Shown in pieces: positions 27,107 to 35,720 of a DNA stretch of 52,275 nucleotides. The stretch is from the NCBI GenBank assembly GCA_045586225.1, contig JAZMZX010000127.1, forward strand, positions 1-52,275, read 5' to 3'. Every line of letters begins with the position of its first letter. The first letter of the stretch is position 1. This stretch comes from Eubacteriales bacterium. GTDB taxonomy: Bacteria > Bacillota > Clostridia > Oscillospirales > CAG-272. The notes below the pieces were generated by a model that did not search any database, had not been told where the DNA came from, and saw nothing but the letters and a program-made list of their open reading frames with translations. Both the position numbers and the translations under genes were made by a program.

Positions 27107-27829
27107 ATGTCAAAATACACAACGGGAGAGATTGCATCCCTTTGCGGCGTTTCCGTCAGGACGGTGCAGTATTACGACACGAGAGGGATACTTATCCCCA
27201 GTGAGCTCACCGAGGGCGGCCGTCGCCTCTATTCGGAGGCGGACCTTTCGCGGATGAAGATCATCTGCTTTCTGCGCGAGCTGGACGTTTCCATAAACTC
27301 CATTTCGGAGTTGCTCCGTGAGCCTCACCCCGAAAACGTGCTTGCGCTTCTCGTGGAGCGGCAAAGCGCTCTTTTGCGTAAGGAGATAGCGGACAAAAAG
27401 GAAAAGCTAAGGCGCATAGAGGAGCTGTCGCGTGCTATCGGCGGCATTGAAAATTTCTCCGTTGAATCCATTGGAGACGTAGCAAATATAATGGAAAACA
27501 AAAAGAAACTGCGAAAAATGAGGCTGAGAATGCTGGTTGTGGGAATTTGCGCCGAGGCTGTCGAGATCGGCAGCTTTATATATTCCCTTATAACGGGCAT
27601 CTGGTGGCCGTTTGTTCTGGGGATTATCCTTGTGGTTTTGGCAAGCTTCTGGATCCTCGGGCACTATTACAAAAACGTATCCTATATTTGCCCCCAGTGC
27701 CACGGTGTGTTCGTGCCTCGCATGGGAGAAATGATCTTTGCAGGGCACACGCTCACAACAAGAAAGCTCACCTGCTCCCATTGCGGTCACCGCGGATATT
27801 GCGTGGAGACCGCACGAAACGAAAAATAA
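27107..27829 (+). CDS. MerR-family regulator fused to two TM helices and a C-terminal zinc ribbon
   Basis: MerR HTH (YTTGEIASLCGVSVRTVQYYDTRGIL), a coiled coil, TMs (LRMLVVGICAEAVEIGSFIY and WWPFVLGIILVVLASFWILG), then CPQC...CSHC. Confidence 0.8.
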   Translation: MSKYTTGEIASLCGVSVRTVQYYDTRGILIPSELTEGGRRLYSEADLSRMKIICFLRELDVSINSISELLREPHPENVLALLVERQSALLRKEIADKKEKLRRIEELSRAIGGIENFSVESIGDVANIMENKKKLRKMRLRMLVVGICAEAVEIGSFIYSLITGIWWPFVLGIILVVLASFWILGHYYKNVSYICPQCHGVFVPRMGEMIFAGHTLTTRKLTCSHCGHRGYCVETARNEK

Positions 27830-27957
27830 GTGAAAACCCGATGCTTAGCATCGGGTTTTCTTGTTATACCTCCGAGGGTGATTGACACTTTTTCGAATAT
27901 AGGTTATAATGTTTAGGTGATAAAATATAAAACACACTATAAGAGGTTTACATAGAT

Positions 27958-28971
27958 ATGAAAAGAATAAGCGTTTTGGGCGCCGGCACCTGGGGCATGG
28001 CGCTTGCAACGATGCTTTCCGAAAAAGGACTCCCGGTGACGGTTTGGTCGAAGATCGAAAAGGAGGTTCGTGACCTTAGCAGCACCCGCCTTCACCCCAA
28101 TCTTCCCGGAATGACGGTTCCCGAAAGCGTTTCTTTTACAACAGATATAAAGGAGGCGGTGTCCTCCGCCGATATCGTTGTTTTTGCCGTTCCTTCCGTT
28201 TTTGTAAGAAGCACGGCAAAGGAAGCCGCGCCTTATATTAAGGATACGCACGTTATCGTGGATGTGGCGAAGGGCATCGAATCGGACACTCTTCTCACCA
28301 TGACGGGCATCATTGCCGACGAGATAAAGAACGAAAATGTGAAGCTGGTGGCGCTTTCCGGCCCCACTCACGCAGAAGAGGTGGCACTGGGACTGCCCAC
28401 CACCATCGTTTCCGCCAGCGACGACAGCGATGCGGCTGAATTGGTGCAGGAGGTGTTTACCTCTCCCTGTATGCGCGTGTACACGAATGAGGACGTGCTG
28501 GGCGTTGAGCTTTGCGGCGCGATGAAGAATATCATTGCCCTTGCGGCAGGTGTTTCCGCAGGGCTTGGCTATGGCGACAACGCAAAGGCCGCCATCATAA
28601 CGAGAGGTATCGTTGAGATAGCCCGTCTCGGTGCCGCGATGGGCTGCAGAGAGCAGACCTTCGGCGGTCTTGCGGGAATAGGAGACCTTATCGTTACCGC
28701 CACAAGCGTACACAGCAGAAACAACCGCTGCGGCATGCTCATCGGCAAGGGGGTTGCTCCCGCAGATGCGGTAAAGCAGGTTGGAATGGTGGTGGAAGGT
28801 ATCAATGCGCTTCCTGCCGCTATCCGTCTTGCGGAGATACACGGTGTGGATATGCCCATCGTTGAGGCGATAAACGCCGTTGTGAACGGCGGCGCCGACC
28901 CGAAGCAAACAGTGCGCGAGCTTATGCAGCGCGATAAAAAGCCCGAGCTTGCAAGCTCATCGTTATCATAA
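27958..28971 (+). CDS. gpsA: NAD(P)H-dependent glycerol-3-phosphate dehydrogenase
   Basis: ISVLGAGTWGMALA Rossmann start, GPTHAEEV, KNIIALAAG and GDLIVTATS..SRN are the canonical GpsA motifs. Confidence 0.93.
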   Translation: MKRISVLGAGTWGMALATMLSEKGLPVTVWSKIEKEVRDLSSTRLHPNLPGMTVPESVSFTTDIKEAVSSADIVVFAVPSVFVRSTAKEAAPYIKDTHVIVDVAKGIESDTLLTMTGIIADEIKNENVKLVALSGPTHAEEVALGLPTTIVSASDDSDAAELVQEVFTSPCMRVYTNEDVLGVELCGAMKNIIALAAGVSAGLGYGDNAKAAIITRGIVEIARLGAAMGCREQTFGGLAGIGDLIVTATSVHSRNNRCGMLIGKGVAPADAVKQVGMVVEGINALPAAIRLAEIHGVDMPIVEAINAVVNGGADPKQTVRELMQRDKKPELASSSLS

Positions 28972-28977
28972 AGAAAA

Positions 28978-29006
28978 CTGCCCGACAGTGAGTCGGGCAG
29001 CTTTTA
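28978..29006. terminator. Bidirectional terminator
   Basis: ctgcccgac (28978-28986) pairs with gtcgggcag (28992-29000). It lies between convergent genes. Confidence 0.7.
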
Positions 29007-29534
29007 TTTCTGAAGCTCTTTTAAAAATTCGTTGACCTGACGGCGGTTTTGAAAAACGATAACGCGTTTTCCTTCGGCGCGGGCCTTTTCCGCCGCCGCC
29101 ACCAGCTTCGGGCGCTGATCGCGCCTGAAATTCCATATCCAGACGATAAATTCAAGGTCGAATCTTTCAGGGCAGCCATCGCCCATATCGGAGCGGACGC
29201 GGCCGAAATTTTTGATTATACGCGAAAAAACGCCACGGATGCAGGCAAAGGTGGAGAAATCCAGCCATATAACGGTGCTTGAAACGTCCACGCGATCGGG
29301 GAGCGTGCGGGAATAGTTGCCGTCGATGATGAAGCTTTCGCGGCGGTACCACTCGGCGCATATGGCGTCGAATTCATCCCTTTCACGGGTGACCCAGCCG
29401 GGAAGCCAGAATATCTTATCGAGATGGAGTACGTCTATGCCCACAGCAGCGCCCAGAATGTCCGAAAGATAGCTTTTTCCGGAGCCTCCGCAGCCGATGA
29501 TGCATATGCGGCGGCCAAGATCTTCTTTTGTCAT
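29004..29534 (-). CDS. P-loop NTPase/kinase of the topology-modulation (FlaR-like, adenylate-kinase-fold) family
   Basis: Walker A IIGCGGSGKS plus the family pattern LHLDKIFW.PGW...R.EF. Start placed at ATG 29534 (GGAGG RBS). Confidence 0.7.
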   Translation of the reverse strand: MTKEDLGRRICIIGCGGSGKSYLSDILGAAVGIDVLHLDKIFWLPGWVTRERDEFDAICAEWYRRESFIIDGNYSRTLPDRVDVSSTVIWLDFSTFACIRGVFSRIIKNFGRVRSDMGDGCPERFDLEFIVWIWNFRRDQRPKLVAAAEKARAEGKRVIVFQNRRQVNEFLKELQK

Positions 29535-29549
29535 AAGCGCCTCCATCTT

Positions 29550-30494
29550 TCAGCGCACGATGCCTTCGCCGTCGAAAAGGGGCACGAAGCTTTCGGCAAC
29601 GGTGCCGGATTCCTGAACAAAGCCGTTTCTGATGCCCATGCGGCGTGCAAAGCCCACCACCTTTTCGTATTCCGCGTCTGTGATGCTGCGGTTGAGCTCG
29701 TACGGGAGCCCGGGATGGGGGAGAGGAGTGTACTGATTCATAATGCTGATGTATATATTATGCTTGAAGTGACTGAAGAGGTAGGCAATGACCTCGCGGC
29801 TGTCGTCGGTGCAGGTGGGGAGGATGAGGTGGCGCACGATAACGCCCTTTTTCATCATGCCCTCCTCGGTCATGTCGCCGTTCTGCGCGAAAACGGGCTC
29901 GCCAACCTGGCGGAACATTTCGTGCACCGCAAGGGAGGCTACGTCAAAATAGTCTTTTACGCCGGAATACTTTAAGGAAAGCTCGGGCGACACGTATTTG
30001 AAGTCGGGGAGGTAAACGTCGACAAGACCGTCCAGCATGCGGAGCGATTCTATGGATTCGTATCCGCCGGAGTTATACACAACGGGGATAACGAGCCCGT
30101 GCGTGCGCGCCCGTTCAAGGGCGCTGACAACGTGAGGAATATAGTGCGTCGGCGTAACGAGATTTATATTGTTTGCGTGCTTTTCATCCTGAAGCTCCAG
30201 AAAAACGTCGGCAAGCCGCTTCTGGGAAAGGGGAAAGCCGATCCTTTCGTGGGATATTGAGCGGTTCTGGCAGAAAACGCATCTGAGCGGACATCCGCTG
30301 AAAAACACGGTGCCGGAGCCTCGTGTGCCCGAAATGCAGGGCTCCTCCCAGAAGTGAAGGGCGGCGCGTGCGGCGTACACGTCTGCGGGCATTCCGCAAA
30401 CGCCCGTTTTGCCTGCCGTTCTGTCAACGCGGCACTTTCGGGGGCAAAGCTCGCAGCTGCGATACGGATCGTATATGTTGTAAGACGGTTGCAT
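29550..30494 (-). CDS. Radical SAM protein, PflX-type (pyruvate formate-lyase-activase-like)
   Basis: CPLRCVFCQN (CxxxCxxC) plus an extra N-terminal Cys cluster (CELCPRKC...GVCG). About 314 aa, as in COG1313-type proteins. Confidence 0.8.
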   Translation of the reverse strand: MQPSYNIYDPYRSCELCPRKCRVDRTAGKTGVCGMPADVYAARAALHFWEEPCISGTRGSGTVFFSGCPLRCVFCQNRSISHERIGFPLSQKRLADVFLELQDEKHANNINLVTPTHYIPHVVSALERARTHGLVIPVVYNSGGYESIESLRMLDGLVDVYLPDFKYVSPELSLKYSGVKDYFDVASLAVHEMFRQVGEPVFAQNGDMTEEGMMKKGVIVRHLILPTCTDDSREVIAYLFSHFKHNIYISIMNQYTPLPHPGLPYELNRSITDAEYEKVVGFARRMGIRNGFVQESGTVAESFVPLFDGEGIVR

Positions 30495-30720
30495 AAAATC
30501 ATCCTTCGATAAACTGCAAATGTAGAAAACTGTCGTTTTATGGACAGTTACTATTATAGCACCTATCTTTTTGCTATGGCAATACGTTTTTCACGGAATA
30601 ATAGCATTATTTTTTATGATTTTCACATTGTTCAAAAATAACGGTTGATTAAACAGCATAATTATTATATAATACTATGGATAATTACAGTAAAACAGAT
30701 TTGATATATTGAGGTTTGAT

Positions 30721-31842
30721 ATGCGTAAATTACGTAAGACTACGGAAGGAATGCCGCTTTGGCTCAAGCGCACGCTTATTATTGCCGTCTGCGTCGTTAT
30801 CTTCCTCGGCATCGCCGCCGGCACAGTGCTCGCAATTGCACATTCCATACTGAACAGGATCCCCAAGCTGGATGAAGAAACGATAGATATCATCCCGCCC
30901 TCCAATGAATTTTTCGAAACGGACGATATCGAAGATTATTTTCCCACCCCCGAAACAGACGAAGAGGGAAACACACTTCCCCCGGAAACGGAAATAGACG
31001 AGGAAGGTAACGTAGTGACAGTGCCGCCCACCACGACGGCTCCCGAGGTAAAGCCCGAGGACATCGTTATCGAAACCGTTGAGCCGATCAACACCGACGG
31101 ACTTGTCAATATCCTTCTGGTTGGTCAGGATAAGCGCGAGGGTCAGGGCAGACAAAGATCCGACACAATGATCCTTGTGAGCATCAACCCCAAAACCAAG
31201 GAAGTGTCGCTCGTATCCTTCCTGCGCGATCTGTACGTGAAGATCCCCGGCGGATATTCCGACAACAGACTTAACGTTGCATACGTTTACGGCGGCTTCA
31301 AGCTTCTGAACGATACCCTTTACACAAACTTCGGCGTGAGAGCGGACTACAATATTGAGGTCGATTTCAATGCTTTCGTGAAGATCATAAATAAGGTTGG
31401 CGGTGTCACCATTTCACTCACCGAGAAGGAAGTGAAATATATGAAGGACGACAGCCTCGTTGTGGGTGAGAATAAGCTCACGGGAAGCCAGGCTCTGAAG
31501 TACGTAAGGATCCGTAAGATCGACTCCGACTTCAAGAGAACGGACAGACAGCGCAAGGTGCTTCTTGCCATATTCGATGAGCTGAAGAAAAAGCCCGTTG
31601 ACGCAGTGTTTGCCCTCATTAACGACGTGTTCCCCCTGCTCACCACGGATATGTCAAACTCCAAGATACTCAGCCTGGCAACGTCTCTTGTGCCGTCTAT
31701 GAGCTCAATGAAAATAGAGTCACATTCGCTGCCTGCCAAGGGCACGTACTATGCCGCCACCATCAGAAAGATGCAGGTGCTGGTACCCGACACCAATAAG
31801 GTGAGAAATCTTCTTGTGAAGGAGTATTTACCCCTCTCATAA
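30721..31842 (+). CDS. LCP (LytR-CpsA-Psr) family glycopolymer transferase
   Basis: ORF trimmed to ATG 30721. N-terminal TM, acidic Pro/Thr/Glu linker, LCP core (LLVGQDKREG, RSDTMILVSINP, VSLVSFLRDLYVKIPG, NRLNVAYVYGG). Confidence 0.88.
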   Translation: MRKLRKTTEGMPLWLKRTLIIAVCVVIFLGIAAGTVLAIAHSILNRIPKLDEETIDIIPPSNEFFETDDIEDYFPTPETDEEGNTLPPETEIDEEGNVVTVPPTTTAPEVKPEDIVIETVEPINTDGLVNILLVGQDKREGQGRQRSDTMILVSINPKTKEVSLVSFLRDLYVKIPGGYSDNRLNVAYVYGGFKLLNDTLYTNFGVRADYNIEVDFNAFVKIINKVGGVTISLTEKEVKYMKDDSLVVGENKLTGSQALKYVRIRKIDSDFKRTDRQRKVLLAIFDELKKKPVDAVFALINDVFPLLTTDMSNSKILSLATSLVPSMSSMKIESHSLPAKGTYYAATIRKMQVLVPDTNKVRNLLVKEYLPLS

Positions 31843-31881
31843 AAAACAAAACCGATACGGTATTCCGTATCGGTTTTTTAT
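31843..31881. terminator. Bidirectional rho-independent terminator
   Basis: aaccgatacgg (31851-31861) pairs with ccgtatcggtt (31866-31876), flanked by an A-run and a T-run. Confidence 0.85.
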
Positions 31882-32180
31882 TTTTCGGGCACGTATCGGT
31901 ATTTGTCAAGGTCCACGGTGTAGCTGTTTACCTCCACTCCGTCGGCGAGAAGACGGCGCTTCTGCTCCTCGATGCCTCCGAATGCGTAGGCGCGGGAAAG
32001 CCTTCCGCGGCTGTTCACAACGCGGTAACAGGGGTATTTGTCGCCGTCGGGATTCACGTGCAGCACGTTGCCAACGGTGCGGGCGAGATTCTTGTTTCCC
32101 AGGTGAAGCGCGATGTCGCCGTAGGTGACGACCCGCCCACGCGGGATGGCCATCAGAAATTCGTATACCTGTTCCTTCAT
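31878..32180 (-). CDS. MGMT-family (methylated-DNA-protein-cysteine methyltransferase DNA-binding domain) protein
   Basis: ORF 31878..32408 trimmed to ATG 32180 (AAGGAG RBS). 100 aa. IPRGRVVTYGDIA...NLARTVGNVL...PCYRVVNSRG. Confidence 0.8.
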   Translation of the reverse strand: MKEQVYEFLMAIPRGRVVTYGDIALHLGNKNLARTVGNVLHVNPDGDKYPCYRVVNSRGRLSRAYAFGGIEEQKRRLLADGVEVNSYTVDLDKYRYVPEK

Positions 32181-32277
32181 TCTTTCGCTCCTTTTCGATA
32201 TCTCTTGTATTATACACCCTTGGCGGCAAAAATTCAACCCGGCATGTAAAAGGGATCCTTTCGGGTCCCTTTTTTGC

Positions 32278-34896
32278 TTACTGATTCGTGAGGCTTTCCT
32301 TGAAGGCGTTATATTCCTCAAGCGTTCCGCAATAGGTGAAGAACTGATGGGTGCCCATAAGATAATCGCCGCCGTTTTGCGTGAGCAGCTTATAATCTCT
32401 TCTGGCAATGTAGTTTTCCTCCGTCAGCTTCATTTCGTCGTAGCGCCAATGATTGCCAACGTGCAGGGGCATCATCTTATCGCCGCCGTCGATAACGGTG
32501 TACTCGGAAAGGACCGCGTCGGAATCAAGGTGCTTGCCCCAGGTGCATTTGTGGCGCACGATGCCGACACCGGGCGCAAACCAGTATTCCTTCTGCCCCG
32601 ACTCGGGGTTATTGTAAAAATAGTGGAAATAGTCGTCGTGGTTGCCCTCCACCTCGTAGTCGATAAGGAGATGGACGGTGTTTTCAAAGGTGCCTGCAGG
32701 GGTAACGACGGTGCCGCCGTCGGTGACGGTGTGCCGCATGGGCTGACCGTACAGCTCGCCCTCGTAGACGTAGCCCGGCTTCCATTCGTCCTTCCAAAGC
32801 GAGCCGCCAAGCCATTCAAGATAGGAGAATATCTTCACGCCGAAAATGCGGTTTTCTTCGCTTCTCGTGCCGAAGGGACCTGCGGAAAGCATCGGATATT
32901 CAGTTCCGTACAAAAGGAGCAAGCCGTCAGCCTCCTTGACGGTATCGGTGGCGATGCCCGTAGGACAAACGCGCCACTTCTCCTTTTGACATTCGATCCT
33001 CTCTTCAAGGACTTCAAGAAAGTAAAGGGCGGTGGCAACGTGGTTTGCACCGGAGGCGTTTTTGGCAATGGTGCGGAGCACGTCTGCCGCTTCCTCGAAT
33101 TTTTCAACCTCACAAAGCTCGCTTGCCTTGCGGAACAGAGTGGTGGGGGAGTCCGCGTCAACGTAGTCAGCTGCAAGGGCGGTGTAGTTCAGCGCCGAAA
33201 GGATAACGATCTCTTCGTCACCGACCTTTTCAAGATGCTCGATAACGTATTCGTTTCGCTCGAAAAGTCCCACGTGGCAGTCGGGCGTCACGTATGACCA
33301 GCTGTTGCCGAGAGCGATGGGGAGCCACCCCTCGCCTCCCTTTATTTCGTAGGCGGAAAGCACCTTTTCCTCTTCCTTGGTATAGGTCGTTTCCTTCACA
33401 AGGCCAACGCCGCGGCAGTACCATACGTGGCTGGAGTCTTCTCCATCCCGCGCAAGCTCAATGTGAAGGCAGTTTTCAAAGGTGCCCGCAGGGGTGACGA
33501 CAGTTTCGTCGGTTGCGATCACGCGGCGAATGCCGTCACCGCCGCGGCGGAGAGAGAGCTTTTCCTCGGCACCGGCCTCGATAGGCACGGAAGCGGGGAA
33601 GAAATTTGAGTCGAAAGCAGAGCTTGCCCTATGGAATATACAGTTCATGTAAGTGTCGAGCTCGCTGACTGCGTAATTGCAGCCCGGCTGAGATAAGTAG
33701 CGGAGATTGCCGTCCTTTTTTACCCAGCCCTCGCCCGTGACGAGGAGACACTTTTGCGCGTTATCGTCGAGGGCGCAGTCGATAGCCTTGAGCCCTGCCA
33801 AAACGGCACCGTAGGTTGCGGCGACATAGTCTCCCTTAAGACTTTTGCACTTTTCATATTCCGCCTTTGCAAGCGAAAGACACTCTTTTGTTGCCTCGGG
33901 GTTTTCCTTGATCCCCGTAAAGCTGAAGCTGTACGCCATCCAGAAATAGTGGCGTCCAAGCTCGGCGTGCTTTTCGTCGCTTTCGGGATAAGCGGAAAGC
34001 TCGGGGATGATGCGGTCACGGGTATAGTTATATCTGTTTTCGGGGGAATTCCACGCCCAGAACTTATCGCACATATCCATAAGCAGGTCGGATGCCTTCT
34101 TAACGTCGCCGAATTTGCGGTAAACGGCAAGCGCCTCCTCGCAATATTTCGTGTCAACGTCTGAGGCGATCTTTGCGCTTTTCACGGAATATTCCTTCAC
34201 GTCGTCGGAGCTTGAAAGATTCTGTATAAGCTCCTTCACGTTTTCATATGCCGAGTCAAAGCCAACGGTGCCGTATGTTTTCGTGTAGTTTTCAAGGTCG
34301 CGGATCTTGGTTGCCAGCGCTTCCGCAAAGGAATCGGGCAGGGTAGTTTTGTTTTCAGTCATTCTGATATCACCTCGCAGCTTTATTCTTGCGTCGTGTA
34401 TCCTGCGCTTAACGGTGCCGAGGGGCGCACCCGTGGCAGTTGATATCTCTGCCATGGAGAGTCCTTCGAGAAAATAAAGGACGGCAGTTTCCCTTACGGC
34501 GGGAGAAAGTGCGTCGAATCGTGCGTGAAGCTCCGTCATCGTTTCCTTTGCAACGAAAAGGGATTCGGGAGTCCGCTTGTCGGCGCGGCGCTCAAGGGTG
34601 TCGTAGGGCTCGGTCTTTCGTGTGCGCGCAAGTGCGTTCACGGTCTTATTGCGGAGGATCCTTGAAAGCCAGCCTTCGATCTTTTCGGGATCGCGAAGCT
34701 CGTATAAGTGCAGGTAGCCGTCGATGAAGGTCTCCTGAACGAGATCCTCTGCAACAGTTGCGTTTCCGCACAGTATCAAGGCGGTGCGGTACAGCCTTTG
34801 CATATACGCCGTAACGATAACGGTGTAGGCGTCGGGATTGCCGTGAAGTGTGCCTTCAATGGCAAGCGAAATTTTTTGAAGTTCGTGAGGCTCCAT
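32278..34896 (-). CDS. ECF-type sigma-70 factor fused to a ~700-aa non-membrane C-terminal extension
   Basis: Region 2 (AEDLVQETFIDGYLHL) and region 4.2 (LSMAEISTATGAPLGTVKRRIHDARIKLR) lie within aa 1-175. No hydrophobic TM follows. The extension contains an internal duplication (VVTPAGTFENCLHIE at aa 466-480 and VVTPAGTFENTVHLL at aa 729-743). AGGAGG RBS. Confidence 0.85.
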   Translation of the reverse strand: MEPHELQKISLAIEGTLHGNPDAYTVIVTAYMQRLYRTALILCGNATVAEDLVQETFIDGYLHLYELRDPEKIEGWLSRILRNKTVNALARTRKTEPYDTLERRADKRTPESLFVAKETMTELHARFDALSPAVRETAVLYFLEGLSMAEISTATGAPLGTVKRRIHDARIKLRGDIRMTENKTTLPDSFAEALATKIRDLENYTKTYGTVGFDSAYENVKELIQNLSSSDDVKEYSVKSAKIASDVDTKYCEEALAVYRKFGDVKKASDLLMDMCDKFWAWNSPENRYNYTRDRIIPELSAYPESDEKHAELGRHYFWMAYSFSFTGIKENPEATKECLSLAKAEYEKCKSLKGDYVAATYGAVLAGLKAIDCALDDNAQKCLLVTGEGWVKKDGNLRYLSQPGCNYAVSELDTYMNCIFHRASSAFDSNFFPASVPIEAGAEEKLSLRRGGDGIRRVIATDETVVTPAGTFENCLHIELARDGEDSSHVWYCRGVGLVKETTYTKEEEKVLSAYEIKGGEGWLPIALGNSWSYVTPDCHVGLFERNEYVIEHLEKVGDEEIVILSALNYTALAADYVDADSPTTLFRKASELCEVEKFEEAADVLRTIAKNASGANHVATALYFLEVLEERIECQKEKWRVCPTGIATDTVKEADGLLLLYGTEYPMLSAGPFGTRSEENRIFGVKIFSYLEWLGGSLWKDEWKPGYVYEGELYGQPMRHTVTDGGTVVTPAGTFENTVHLLIDYEVEGNHDDYFHYFYNNPESGQKEYWFAPGVGIVRHKCTWGKHLDSDAVLSEYTVIDGGDKMMPLHVGNHWRYDEMKLTEENYIARRDYKLLTQNGGDYLMGTHQFFTYCGTLEEYNAFKESLTNQ

Positions 34897-35021
34897 TCGG
34901 GTCCTCCTTTCTTTTGCGATAGTGAATCGGCCGATTCATATATTAAGACACGGAAAAAAGCCGAAAGGTTCGGTGAAAAAGCGAAATTTCAAAAAAAGTC
35001 CGATCGGGATCGGACTTTTTC

Positions 35022-35720
35022 TTATTTTTTTGCGATGAGGGCGTCGATATAGTCAAGGGCTTCGTCGATGGCGGGGAAGCTGCGGCTGACTTTTTCGGGA
35101 TACCTATAATTGATGCCGACGGAGATGCCTGCAACGCTGAACATAGGCCCGTCGTTTATGCCGTCGCCAACGGCTACGACTTCATCAGTGGAAATTGAAA
35201 GCATCCGGCAAAGCTCGGTGAGCCCTGCGCCCTTGTCGATTCCTACGGGTACGATATCGTAGCAGTCGCACTGAGGATATATCACCACGTCGCGGATCGA
35301 GTCCTCGTTTTCTCTGAGAAAATCGGCAATGGTGTCGGCATCTTCGTCAGAACTGAAAAAGGGGGTCAGTGCCACGCGGTTGGGCTGATACCAAAGGTGG
35401 GGGAGCTTTTCTTCAAGTCCGCGGCGCACAAAGGCGATGGTCTTTTTTGCCGCATCGCTGGAGGGAAGCGTCACGGACACCTTCGGCGGAAGTTCAACGC
35501 CGAATTCAATGGCAGCTCCGTTTTCGCCAATCAGGATAGTGTCGGGCAGCGCCGCCTGACGGCAAAGTCCGCAAAGATAGTAGGTGGGCTTGCCCGATGC
35601 AATGGCGATGCGTATGCCAGAGGCGGAAAGCAAACGCAAACGGGACGCGGTGCTTTCCGATATAGGCTTGCCGAGAGGGGCAAGGGTGCTGTCAAGGTCG
35701 AATACGATCAGTTTTATCAT
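35022..35720 (-). CDS. HAD-superfamily (Cof-type) phosphatase
   Basis: ORF trimmed to ATG 35720, which overlaps the upstream stop as ATGA. FDLDSTL (DxD), SGK and GDGINDGPMF motifs. Confidence 0.85.
   Translation of the reverse strand: MIKLIVFDLDSTLAPLGKPISESTASRLRLLSASGIRIAIASGKPTYYLCGLCRQAALPDTILIGENGAAIEFGVELPPKVSVTLPSSDAAKKTIAFVRRGLEEKLPHLWYQPNRVALTPFFSSDEDADTIADFLRENEDSIRDVVIYPQCDCYDIVPVGIDKGAGLTELCRMLSISTDEVVAVGDGINDGPMFSVAGISVGINYRYPEKVSRSFPAIDEALDYIDALIAKK

Noticed and set aside
29004-30494. Radical SAM plus kinase as a prokaryotic viperin (pVip)-type antiviral pair.
   Set aside because: The radical SAM protein has PflX/PFL-activase-like length and an extra N-terminal Cys cluster rather than viperin-like features. 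The neighbours are housekeeping genes (gpsA, LCP), and there is no defence-island context.
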